This document shows positions 24,601 through 35,038 of a DNA stretch of 64,000 nt, piece after piece (within the stretch, counting starts at the first letter, position 1; each line of letters opens with the position of its first letter). Source of the stretch: Caecitellus pseudoparvulus (Eukaryota > Protista > Bigyra: Bicosoecida); assembly GCA_965644315.1 (NCBI GenBank), contig CBFFRQ010000093.1:205627-269626 (forward strand), read 5' to 3'. The position numbers and the translations under genes are program-made. The notes under the pieces were generated by a model. The model ran no database searches and had not been told where the DNA came from. It saw only the letters and a program-made list of their open reading frames with translations.

Positions 24601-25558
24601 TGTGGAAAAGTCGTCCAGGATGATGGCCAGCACGAGCTGCACCAGGAAGAAAATGCCCCCTAAAATGTACATCACGAAGAAGATGGAGGCCCAAGGGTCG
24701 GACTGGAACACCAGCATCATGACATCGGGATTGTTGGCGGTGGCCAACAGAGTGGCCATGGACGCGATGCTGTCTGGGATCGTTGCGAAGTACAGCGGCC
24801 GCTGCCCGTCGTACCGTTCCTCATTGTACGCCGACTCTTGATCTGAAAACAGGATGAACGCCCCAATACTGAACAAAAGCACGTGAGTGGCTGCCAGAAG
24901 CAAGACTGGGATGACGGTTTTGCTGCTGCGCAGGATGTTGCTGCCCACAGAGCGCAGTGTGGGGGAGCGCTCCACGATGAAGAGCGGCCGAAGCCACCGA
25001 AGCCGAATGCCAGTGTGTTTGGGGAAGCCCAGGCCGACGCAGTTCCCCAGGAAAAGCAGCAGCGCTGCCAGGAGGACGAAAGGCTTCCACTTGTTGTGCG
25101 ATAGCAGGTACGGAATGTCTGTGGACCGGCCCATGCCCCTCCAGTAAATGTAGCAGTCCACAGAGTACAGCACCACGAAGACTAGCTCTGCCACGTTGCT
25201 GGTGGGGTAGGGAAGCGAGAAAAACACTCCAGAGTTGGGCTCCTCCATCAGGCCGAGCAGCAGGTGCAGACACATGACGCCCATGATGAAGGGCCTCCAC
25301 CGAACGTGATGGTACAGCCTGTGTCCGGGAAGCACGTTGGTTGCACAGCGATGCAGGCATATTCCGCAAACGTTTGCTGCCAGCTCACCTGTAGAATTCC
25401 ACTGATTCAGCATCCAGTGGGTGCCGATGGGACCGATGTTCCAATGCATCCTGCACTAAGACTGCTGCAGCCCTTGCGTTTGCCCCTGTTACGACCCACT
25501 CCTTCCTCTCTGAGGAACGCTGGCTGCTCTGCCCTGCCTCCTCGACTCCTTCAGCCAT
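21679..25558 (-). CDS. TPCN: Two-pore channel (TPC)
   Basis: Exon 1 AAAVLVQDALEHRSHRHPLDAESVEFYR resembles the animal TPC N-terminus. Two 6-TM repeats: S4-I RLRWLRPLF, filter I ATANNPDVM, S4-II SRVFRLLRLLRALR, pore II LNFDTLPRAM...VVNN. EF-hand-like linker between repeats. Confidence 0.92.
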
Positions 25559-25934
25559 CAGAAGGTACTGCAACCCAAACCAGCGCAGCCTGGGCACAAC
25601 AGAAATAACTGTCTGGGTGTGTGTGTATATGGAAGGAGTCTTGGCGTGGGGCGCTATCACGGTTATTGTTTGTAGTGCCTGAACTCTATTGCTGAATTTT
25701 ACCAGCACTACAGCAATGCCTTGACAGTGTAGAGAGAAATGAAAGTCGCCGCCCTTGTGGGCCGCAGCACATCTCACCCACCGTGTGCACACAAACAATA
25801 CGTATCCGCTGCACTCCGACTACGGACACGAAGGCAGTGCTTCACTTTAGTGTCTGCGTTCGCTAACGCCTCTTCTCTGGCGGCGTGTGCGACGCCGAAG
25901 TGACTTGCGTTTCAGTGGAAACGCAGCGGCAGCC

Positions 25935-26958
25935 ATGCGGCGCTCTCTGGGTGGGGTGTCAGGCACAGACACACTGCTTGTGAAGCAGAACACGCGCATT
26001 CCACCTTATGTGCGCACAGATCTGATGTTCTTGAACAAGATCAGGCGTAGCAAGCGCCGTATGCCACGACAGCTGCGGAAACTCCTGCAACGGCTGGTGA
26101 GCGAGAACCCTCTGAATGACCTCAGTGTGCTGGTCTGGCTGATGTTCTTGGCAGCGCTCCCCTTCAGGGGCTTTCCCTTGCTGTTCACCTTCTTTGCTAA
26201 CTATTTTCTGGCCCTGATTCTGGGCATGTTGATCTCCTCCCGGCGCCCGTGGCAGCTGGATCGCAGGCTCAAACCGCAAGTTCGCGTGTCAGGCAGCGCC
26301 TTCCCTTGTCTGGAACTGTGGCTGGCCGCTGTCACGTTTCTCTCCATTGGAACTGCATACCCCTCCCCAGCTTCTGTGCTTGGGCTCTTGGCCCTGTTTT
26401 GCCTGCTTCTGTACACCCGCTTGGCAACTCTCGCGTACTTCACCGTGCAGCTCCTTGGAAGCTGCCTGCTCGGCTGCGCAGGGTGGGCAGCATGCGAAGT
26501 ACTCAAGGCAACAGTGCTTCGAAATGGGGTCCACAGACAGGTGGTTTTAGTTGGCGCCATCCTCACGGTCATGGCCTTCCTTGGACACGTCGCGTACCTG
26601 GCAGAGCGCAACCAGAGTGCGGTGCTGGCTGTGCCCAAGGCGGAGTGTGAGTGCACGCGCGCCTCCGCGCTGGAGCTTGGGTACACTCCTCTGGGCTCCC
26701 TTTCCCTGCACAGACTTGCGAGTCATGGGCGATATCATGGACCGCCAAGCGGCGGAGCCACAGCTTGAGGAATCCCTTGCGGGGAGCTTTGCGGACGAAG
26801 GCGGGGGCCAGCTCGGGCTGCGGCTGCAAAGGCGCCGCGCACAGACTCGCGCTTTCGACACCCAAAGTAGAGGGGGGCCTCCTCGCACCATGCTTTCCAG
26901 CCTGCTGGACAACATGCGTGCTTCTGAGGAGGCAAGCAGAGCAGCTGGTTTGGAGTGA
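25935..26958 (+). CDS. PAP2/lipid-phosphate-phosphatase-like membrane protein with degenerate catalytic motifs
   Basis: Multiple TM segments. Motif spacing ISSRRP / AFPCLE / TRLATLAYFTVQLLGS parallels PAP2 KxxxxxxRP / FPSGH / SRxxxxxHxxxD. Intron at about 26648-26713. Confidence 0.55.
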
Positions 26959-27223
26959 GCTGGGCTCAGCCCGTGCCTGGGCGGGTGCAGTGGCTCACAA
27001 AACAAAAGCACAGACATTTTTGAATGGAATTGAAGCTGGCATTGCGAGGCAAGAAGTGGACTCGGCATTGAAGGTTAGGGAGACCCCTGATTCACTCTCA
27101 AACACACATCAGCTCTCCGTTCACCCTCGCCACTAAGGAGCTCGAGGTGCATCTTGCGGCTTGAGGGCAGTTAACCGGCCAAGCTTATTTAAGGAGAGGT
27201 CAAGTGACTTCCGGCTTGTCACC

Positions 27224-28939
27224 ATGGCGGCTTCTTCAGGAACGAAGCGTCTCCGCAGTGAGGTTCAAGGGATGGGCGGCGGGCAGGAATCGATTTCCGC
27301 AGCCAAGCAGGCGCATGTTGCAGGGCCTGAGGCCCCGCTGGAAGATGCGCAAGCCGTTGCTGCTTGGCTGCTGTACCCCTTGTCACCGAGTGTATTCATG
27401 CGGCAGTACTACGAGCGCAGACCAGTGCTGCTTAGGCGGCCTGCGAACTACTTCGCCTCACTGCCGCCTTGTTTGGGGCAGTCTGGCCCTCTGTTCAGCA
27501 TTGATGGATTCAAGGCACTCGTTGACACTGGTGCGCTGACATTCGAGCAAGACCTGGATGTGACACTGTACAAGGACGAAAAGCGCCTCACACTGCAGGG
27601 TTCAGGGGTACCAGACCCTGCGGACGTGTGGAGCCAGCGCATGCAGCAGGAGGGGTGCTCCCTGCGCCTGCGGTGCCCCCAAGCTCACCTTCCACCCGTG
27701 CACGCACTGTGCGCGAGCCTTGAAGACTTCTTCTCCACCTTTGTCGGGAGTAACGCTTACTTGACGCCGAGCGGCTCGCAAGGCTTCGCGCCACACTACG
27801 ATGACATTGAGGCGTTCATCTTGCAGTTGGAAGGGAGAAAGCATTGGCGCGTGTACCCCCCGCGTTCTGAAGAGGAGACCCTCCCTCGTCTTTCGTCGCC
27901 GAACCTAGAGCAGGGCGACATTGGGCAGCCAGCGCTTGAAGCAACTCTTGGGCCTGGCGACCTGTTGTACTTCCCCCGGGGTTGGGTGCACCAAGCCGAC
28001 ACCGTTGGAGACTCGCCATCACTGCACCTGACAGTGTCAGCTGGGCAGAAGACCACATGGGCTGACTTGCTGTCAGGCGTGCTGGAGGGAGCGCTGCAGC
28101 AAGCTACCGACAAGCACGTTGCCTTGCGGCGCCTGCCCCCGCCTGCCATGCTGCGAGTGCTGGGGGCGGGCAACGCGCCTGCAGATGAAGAGACCGATGC
28201 AGACTCACCTGAGGTGCCGATTGACCGCCAGTGGGCGCAGGGCGGCGCCGATGCCCATATTGTACTGGCGGCAGCAGGGCTCGACCACGGTGATGCGGTG
28301 GTGAATGCCGACCGCCTCGCGACAGCGCTGGACGTGTCAAACCCAGCAGACGCCCTGCCTGGTCTGGATGTGCCTCCTCAGGCGAGTCAAGCCCAGCTCA
28401 GCGTCGCCCGGGCCAGCATGCACAAGGCTCTCGAGGAGCTGTTATCTATCGTCTCAGGGGAGCTCAGCCCTGCAGTTGCGGACGCAGCTGCAGACGCAAT
28501 GGGCGCCCGCTTCCTCAAGGAGCGCCTGCCCCCAGCGGGGGGCCTGCACCCCCGTGAGAGTGTGCCGGTCGTGTCCTTCGACTCCAAGCTCAAGTGGGTG
28601 AGCCCCACCGCAGCACGCATTGAGCTGGGCGAGGACGAAGGGGAGCCAGTGGCCACGGTGACTTGCTCGGCCAGGAACTCGCTGCGTTTCCTGCAGCGGG
28701 CGCCCTTGAAGGTGGTGTTCCCCATCAGCTTTGCCCCCGCGGTCGACGCGCTGACGGAGGCTCACCCGCAGCCGGTACAAGTGGGGAAGCTGCCCATCGT
28801 GGATGAAGACGACGACGTTGTGGAGGTATCTGAGGCTGCTCGCTTGTTCAAGGAGGGTGGCTCAGAAGACGACGTGGAGGAGCCGTTCTTGGAGTTGATG
28901 CAGGAGTTGTGCGCTATGGGGGCAGCTGTCGTGGTGTAG
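27224..28939 (+). CDS. RIOX1: JmjC ribosomal oxygenase / histone demethylase NO66 (Cupin_4)
   Basis: WLLYPLSP..F...YERRP, GCSLRLRCPQ, VGSNAYLTP.GSQGFAPHYDDIEAFILQLEGRKHWRVY, LGPGDLLYFPRGWVHQA, SLHLTVS. Confidence 0.92.
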   Translation: MAASSGTKRLRSEVQGMGGGQESISAAKQAHVAGPEAPLEDAQAVAAWLLYPLSPSVFMRQYYERRPVLLRRPANYFASLPPCLGQSGPLFSIDGFKALVDTGALTFEQDLDVTLYKDEKRLTLQGSGVPDPADVWSQRMQQEGCSLRLRCPQAHLPPVHALCASLEDFFSTFVGSNAYLTPSGSQGFAPHYDDIEAFILQLEGRKHWRVYPPRSEEETLPRLSSPNLEQGDIGQPALEATLGPGDLLYFPRGWVHQADTVGDSPSLHLTVSAGQKTTWADLLSGVLEGALQQATDKHVALRRLPPPAMLRVLGAGNAPADEETDADSPEVPIDRQWAQGGADAHIVLAAAGLDHGDAVVNADRLATALDVSNPADALPGLDVPPQASQAQLSVARASMHKALEELLSIVSGELSPAVADAAADAMGARFLKERLPPAGGLHPRESVPVVSFDSKLKWVSPTAARIELGEDEGEPVATVTCSARNSLRFLQRAPLKVVFPISFAPAVDALTEAHPQPVQVGKLPIVDEDDDVVEVSEAARLFKEGGSEDDVEEPFLELMQELCAMGAAVVV

Positions 28940-29405
28940 CGTGGCCAGCCGCAGCAATTCAAAATCGACGCACGTGGTGGAAAACTGCAAACAAGGCCTG
29001 TCCGACTCGAAGCACCCCTGACTGTACTGTGTTGCCGCCTGGTTTTCATTGGCTGGTAGCCATGCCGGCCATCCCGATGGGAGCGTACGTGAATGCTCAG
29101 CCCTGTCGCTGCGACGAGAAACTCCGAGTGAAGCCACTGCTCAAGCCGCGCTCGCGTCTGACGAGGGCGCCCTGCACCTCGGGAAGCTTCTGTTCTCATT
29201 GGGGGCTTGCTCTTTGTGACTGTGCTTCTTGGCTCGCTTCTCTTGTCTTGTCCTGCCCAGCCACGATCGACGCTCGGCGTTGCTGCACTGCTGCCAACAC
29301 TCCCCTTTGCCCCTGCTGCGCAGTGCGGCAGGCGCCATTGACCGCAGGAGGCAGAGGCGAGGCCGCAGTGGGTACTTTTCGTCCTCCAAAAGAGGCTCCT
29401 CCCGC

Positions 29406-31011
29406 ATGTCTCGGGCAGGGTCCAGGGGGAGGCTGTCACCGGCGGCGTCTGAATCAGACAGCGATGATGGTGGCACACACCCCCAGGAGGACCTGCACCC
29501 AGATGACGTGCAAGAGGCCGTGTCTATCCTGCGCACGACGAAGGAGCACTTTACAGAGCCAGAGACAGGCGAGCCTTCCCGCCTTGCGAAGGACTTGTTC
29601 CTGGAGCCCTCTCAAGCTGACCACGCAGACATCCAGAAGATGGACGCAGCTGACCCGCTGTCGCCCGAATTCTTGGGTGCCTTTGGCAGCGTGGGGCATC
29701 ACGTGTTTGCTGTTAAGTGCCAGGAGCTCAGGGACCACTTTTGGTTCCGTACCACCATCATTGGCTTCATCATCTTGGCGGGCGTCCTTGTTGGCGTGCA
29801 GACTTACCCCATTCCCAACGCGACGCTCGCCGCTGCGCTAAAGGTCGTGGACGAGTTTGTCCTCGCAGTGTTTGCGGCAGAGATCGTCATTAAGGTGGCC
29901 GCTGAGGTGTGTTCCGGCACCGTCCCTGGGCGCCATGCGCACCGCCACACTCGCAGAGGTCGCACACCCGCTCGATCCACCTTCACAGGGCCGCTTTCCG
30001 TGGAAGTTCTTCTACGACCGATGGAACGTCTTCGACTTCATTGTCGTGTTGGTCGGCTACCTGCCCTTTGACACGCAGGGTGTGACGTCGCTGCGTTCGG
30101 CACGACTCGTTCGCGTGCTGAAGCTGGTGCGGGCGCTGCCCAAGTTGCGTGTGTTGGTGATGGGACTGCTTTCATCACTGACCAGCATTTCGTACATCGC
30201 GCTTCTGCTGCTGCTGCTTTTCTACCTCTATGCAGTGCTGGGCGTGAGTGTCTTCGGGACCAACGACCCAGTGCACTTCGGCACCCTGCACATCGCCCTC
30301 ATCTCCCTCTTCCGGGCGGCGACGCTGGAGGACTGGTCAGACCTCATGTACATCAACTTCTACTCGTGCAAGGTGTATGGCTACAGCGAGTTCATCCACC
30401 TGTGCACGGAGCCATCGGCGCAGCCCTTCCTGGCGGCGCTGTACTTTGTGACGTTCATCGTCCTGTCGAGCATGCTGGTGCTGAACACGTTCGTGTCTGT
30501 CATCACGAGCTCCATGGCGGAGGCGCGGGCGGCGCTGGAGGGGGAGGTGGAGGCCACGCAAGGCAAGGAAGATATCACCGACGACGACGAGTACCTGGAG
30601 GCAAAGTTGAACGAGCTGACTGAGGTGATGGCTCACATAGCAGACGAAGTGGAGGCGTTCGCACAACTTGAAAAGCAGCGCAAAGCTAGCGATATGGCAG
30701 CAGCGCTGGACGCCGAGTCTGACACGGATAGCCAGAGTGACGATGACGCGCAGGGCGCCGCGGAAGCTGGCGGCAAGCGCCAGGAAAGCCCGGCCAAGAG
30801 CCCGACGCTTTTGGAAGGTTGGGCAGCATCTCGGCATCCGGCCGGCCCTCCTTCAGCCACAAAGGTGCAGCCTCAACCTGGCAGCAGTGCTGATAGCAAG
30901 TCGGCCAACAAACGGGTTGACGTCCCGCCCATGGTCGACGACTCCACCACGGCAAGTGGCAAAGCCACACCCAAGCACCAAGGCGGACACGAACCCACAC
31001 CAGGCGCTTAG
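29406..31011 (+). CDS. Single-domain (1x6TM) voltage-gated cation channel, BacNav/EukCat/CatSper-like
   Basis: S1 WFRTTIIGFIILAGVLVGVQT, S2 FAAEIVIK (intron about 29908-29988), S3 WNVFDFIVV, S4 LRSARLVRVLKLVR, pore HFGTL..ALISLFRAATLEDWSDLMY, S6 LVLNTFVSVI, then a predicted coiled-coil tail. Confidence 0.9.
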
Positions 31012-31246
31012 AGCCTTCTCCTTTTGCGTCCATGTGAATGTATTGCCTTTGCGAGGGTGTTTGACGGGTGTCACTACCCGCACAGCAGAGTTATCCACAG
31101 AATGCTCAATGACCCCGGTAAGCCAGAATACGTCAACCATCATACCGCTACAACCCCAGAAGCCCCTTGTCGTTACTCCAATCGCACGCGTAACTGTGTG
31201 GGAGGGCAGTCGAAGTGCGGGGCGTGTTGAGCGGAATTCGGGTGCC

Positions 31247-33403
31247 ATGCCGCGCCGCGGAAAGCGGCCTGGAAAGCCAGCGTCTGGTTCCAGGCGCAAG
31301 CCATTCTCAGGAAAAGCCAAGAAGGAGCAGCTCAAGGCGAAGAGGGAGCGCCGACGCGACGAACCTTTCAAGCCAGCCTTGGCTGCTGCTGATGACGTGG
31401 CGGGCACAGTTTCTGGAGAAGGTGGCGTCAGAGTGCATTCCTCGCTAGGAAGGTCTGGCCAGGAGAACTTGCTCAGCACCATGTTTGTGAAGGAGCTTGA
31501 CGCAGTTGTTGCAGCCAGGAAAGCAGACGCTGCAGCTCCCATCAACGTGTCGGCAAGGGGGAGCCGGCTGCGTGCCGAGGATGAGACTCGCAGTGCGCTG
31601 CCCATGCCGCTGCCCCTCCACCTGCTACGAGCGTCTGCTGGCCCAGAAGCGCCTGTGCCCCCGCCGACCTCTGCGAAAGCCTTCTCGACCGACGCTGAGA
31701 AGGACGCCTTTCAGGCTTGGCTGAAAGGCATCTACGGCCGCATTCCAGCCACTGCCCTGAACGCCTTTGAAGTGAACATGCTTGTCTGGCGCCAGCTGTG
31801 GCACACTCTGAACAAAGCAACAGTCCTTGCGCTCATTGTGGATGCCCGCAACCCCTTGTTTCACTTGCATTGGCATTTGTACCATGTCGTGTGCGAGGTG
31901 CTGCAGAAGCGCTTGGTCGTTGTCCTGAACAAGTGCGACTTGGTACCACCTCAAGCGCTGGCGGAATGGCTGGCCTACTTGCCCACGGCATTCCCTCGTG
32001 TGGCGGCATTTGTCCCCTTCTCAGCCTACGCCGCATACCTAAAACATGGCGAGGGCGGGGAGACCCTGGCACACCGGCGGCGTGCCATTGCGACCTCGTA
32101 CAACTGTCATGATGCACTGCACACAGAGCGGAGGCTGCCGCTCGCCCAAGGCGTCCTGACAGCTCTTGGCTTGGACGCGGCGTGGCCAGCTGTGAAACGG
32201 CGCATGGAAACTGCCTCTGGCTCAGGGAGGGCAGGCCAAGAGCGCCGCCTGGCTGCCGCCGAGTCCTCGGCAGCGGCCCTAGCGGGGCTGGGTCGTCCCT
32301 TGACTCCCACGTCGGGCGATTCTGACGAGGATTGGAGCACGACGGCCGGGAAGGGCAGTCGTCGCCGCAAGGTGAAGGGGCGCAGTCGGCGCAAGGCTTC
32401 AGGCCCCTCCCCTGCACCTGAGCCCGAGCCAGAGCCACCCCAAAGGGGGCAGGAGGACCAGGCGCCGGCCGTTGCCGAGCCGGTGGTGGTGGGCATGATT
32501 GGGTCACCGAACGTTGGCAAGAGTAGCGTCATCAATACCCTCGCTGGTGCCAAGCTTGTGAGTGTGAGCCGGACGCCAGGGCACACTAAACACGCCCAGA
32601 CCATTCCCATCATGCCCAACGTGACCCTTCTGGACTGTCCGGGCCTCGTCTTTCCGCGGACCTTCGACCACAGCGCTGAAGGGGTGCTGAGCAGCATTGT
32701 GCAGGACATGGCGGCAGCAGCCAGCACACCCCACACGGAGCCCGTGGAGGGCGGCGCGGAAGCGCCCCCTGAGCACGGCGATATCCGGGAGTCCCTGACT
32801 GAAGAGCAAGGCGAAACTGGATCGAAAGGCGCACCTCACGCCTTCGCAGCTGGTGCGTGGGACACAGATGACGACAGCTCTGGTGAGGAGGTGGGAGGGG
32901 GGGATGAGACGGCCCCGCCTCAACCACAGCAGCCGGCGCCATGCACACCCATGTCGTCTCTGAACCGCCTTACGCTGCTGCAGGAGGGAATCGGCAAGCA
33001 GGTCTCCATGGCGGAGTGCTGTGGCGTGGTGCCGCTGGCTCAAGTCCGTGAGCCTTTCTCTGCCATGCGGTTCTTGGCGGAGACCATGGACATAGAAGCG
33101 TGGCTTCGCGTCACTCCCGCACCTGAGGCTACTTGGCCTGCGGATGCTCCCCACACTCCCCACCTGCGAGCCCAGTGTACTTCGTGGTCTCCTTTGGACC
33201 TTTGCGAGGCTGTGGCAGAGGACAGAGGGCTCTTCATCGCCAGGACAGGCCGGCCTGACAGCCACGCGGCAGGACGGGCCGTCCTCTACGATGTTGTTGA
33301 TGGGATCCTTCCGCTGTGGTGGTGGCCGCCGTCACCTTGTGACGCAGCTGAGGTTGACCCATGTCCCGTTACCGCTTCCGCTGCTGAAGCAGAGCACGTC
33401 TAG
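31247..33403 (+). CDS. GNL1: Circularly permuted GTPase, GNL1/LSG1 family
   Basis: RKPFSGKAKKEQLKAKR N-terminus, FE.N..VWRQLW, IVDARNP, G4 NKCD preceding G1 GSPNVGKSS, G2 SRTPGHTKH, G3 DCPGLVFP, GRPDSHAAGR. Confidence 0.9.
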   Translation: MPRRGKRPGKPASGSRRKPFSGKAKKEQLKAKRERRRDEPFKPALAAADDVAGTVSGEGGVRVHSSLGRSGQENLLSTMFVKELDAVVAARKADAAAPINVSARGSRLRAEDETRSALPMPLPLHLLRASAGPEAPVPPPTSAKAFSTDAEKDAFQAWLKGIYGRIPATALNAFEVNMLVWRQLWHTLNKATVLALIVDARNPLFHLHWHLYHVVCEVLQKRLVVVLNKCDLVPPQALAEWLAYLPTAFPRVAAFVPFSAYAAYLKHGEGGETLAHRRRAIATSYNCHDALHTERRLPLAQGVLTALGLDAAWPAVKRRMETASGSGRAGQERRLAAAESSAAALAGLGRPLTPTSGDSDEDWSTTAGKGSRRRKVKGRSRRKASGPSPAPEPEPEPPQRGQEDQAPAVAEPVVVGMIGSPNVGKSSVINTLAGAKLVSVSRTPGHTKHAQTIPIMPNVTLLDCPGLVFPRTFDHSAEGVLSSIVQDMAAAASTPHTEPVEGGAEAPPEHGDIRESLTEEQGETGSKGAPHAFAAGAWDTDDDSSGEEVGGGDETAPPQPQQPAPCTPMSSLNRLTLLQEGIGKQVSMAECCGVVPLAQVREPFSAMRFLAETMDIEAWLRVTPAPEATWPADAPHTPHLRAQCTSWSPLDLCEAVAEDRGLFIARTGRPDSHAAGRAVLYDVVDGILPLWWWPPSPCDAAEVDPCPVTASAAEAEHV

Positions 33404-33551
33404 CAACCCACGGCGCTCGAGACCACAATACAAGCAACGTTCACCTTACGCATGAAAGTATAGAAGCTCCATTGCGTTGAGCTGAAGGCACACCCCTTTG
33501 TTTCTGCTCTATCAAGCAAAGCGCTGCAACTTCAAGCCTGCCTTGGAAAAC

Positions 33552-34923
33552 ATGGCAGCTGCAGCGTCCCCTCCCACGGCGGCAGCCCCTCCCCCTCAAC
33601 CGCCTGCTTCTCAGCACTCAGCCACCACTCCAGACACTGTACACATGCAGGCTGGACAACAGGCTGGCGTGGACATGACCCAGAAGCTCGTGAGTGCCGC
33701 GGCGTGGTGCGAGTCGCCCCGATTTCCGCAAGGCACGCAGGGCGGCGCTTGTGTGCACGCAGCGACTGGGCCTGCGCTGGGACTTCACGCCGGGCATGCC
33801 GGCTGTGGACCTGGATGCGTCTGCGTTGCTGTTCGACGAGGTGGGCTTCTTGGTGGACGCGGCGTACTACAACCAGCTGTCTGCTGGAGGTGGGTCTGTC
33901 ACGCACAGCGGCGATGAGAAGAGCGGCGCGTCGGAGGGGGACGACGAGAGCATCACAATTGACGGTCCTCGTCTACCGAGCAACGTGCGCGTGATCGTGG
34001 TGGTGTTGAACGCTTTCCGTGGCGGGTCGTTGGGTGACCTGGAGACGGCATCGGCGAGGCTGTGTGTGGAGGGCGGTGGGGTGTTGGCAGACATGTCACT
34101 GGGTGGTGCGGGGTCGGCGACGGCGGCGGTGATGTGTGTGCTGTACCGTGACCATGCGTCGGGTGTGTGGTCTGTGAAGGACATCAGCAAGCACGGTCTG
34201 GGTCGGACGTTCATGGCAAGCATGCCGATCATCCGGCCGGTGGTGGATTCGCTGTTGGACCCTGTGATGGTTGAGGAGCGGGGTCAGATGGACTTGGGCA
34301 AGACGTTCAGCATGAGCAAGGGGCAGGACATGGCGCTGCCTGGGGGTGTGGGCGAGGTGCAGGTGGGTCTGGGGTGGTCGTGTCGTCGTAGCTTCGACTT
34401 GGACGCGAGCTGTCTGATGGTGAAGCCGGGTGTGGAGCCGAGCATCCACAAGGTGGTGTACTACGGAAACCAGAACGCGCCAGGTGTGCGTCACAGCGGC
34501 GACAACACGACGGGTGCGGGGTCGGGCGACGACGAGGTGATCAAGGTGAGTCTGGGCTCTGTGCCTAGGGAGGTGGGTGAGTTGGTGTTCACGGTGAACA
34601 TTTACACGTCTGGGGGTACATTTCGGGACGTGCACGACGCGTACGTGCGGCTGGTATGTCAGGGGAAGGAGCTGGCGCGGTACAAGCTGGACGAGGGGGT
34701 GACGACGGATGGCCTGATGTTTGCGAAGCTGTATCGTTGCGGGTCGCAGTGGCGCATGCTGGCAATGGGGGAGCAGATTCGCGGCCGCACTGCCAATTCT
34801 GACTCTGTGAAGCGCGCTGTTCTGGGACTTGCCGATGGAGAAGCCATCCCATCTTCCAGAGCTTCCCCTGCTTCCGGTGGGGGCGGCGGCGGAGGTGACG
34901 GCGGCTGCTGCACCATCATGTGA
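33552..34923 (+). CDS. Tandem TerD-domain protein, copy 1, C-terminal CaaX (CCTIM)
   Basis: Two TerD domains (LGLRWD..DLDASAL..HSGDEKSG..GDDESI and VGLGW..DLDASC..HSGDNTTGAGSGDDEVI). Intron 33690-33762. Ends GGCCTIM. Confidence 0.9.
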
Positions 34924-35038
34924 GCATGAACCAACCAACCAAGGTGAGCCAGCGGGGACACCCCACTGCCAGCCTTGCAAGCATCGACAGAATGCACTCT
35001 GTGCGTGGACAGCTACGTGAGCTGTCGGTGGGGCCAGT

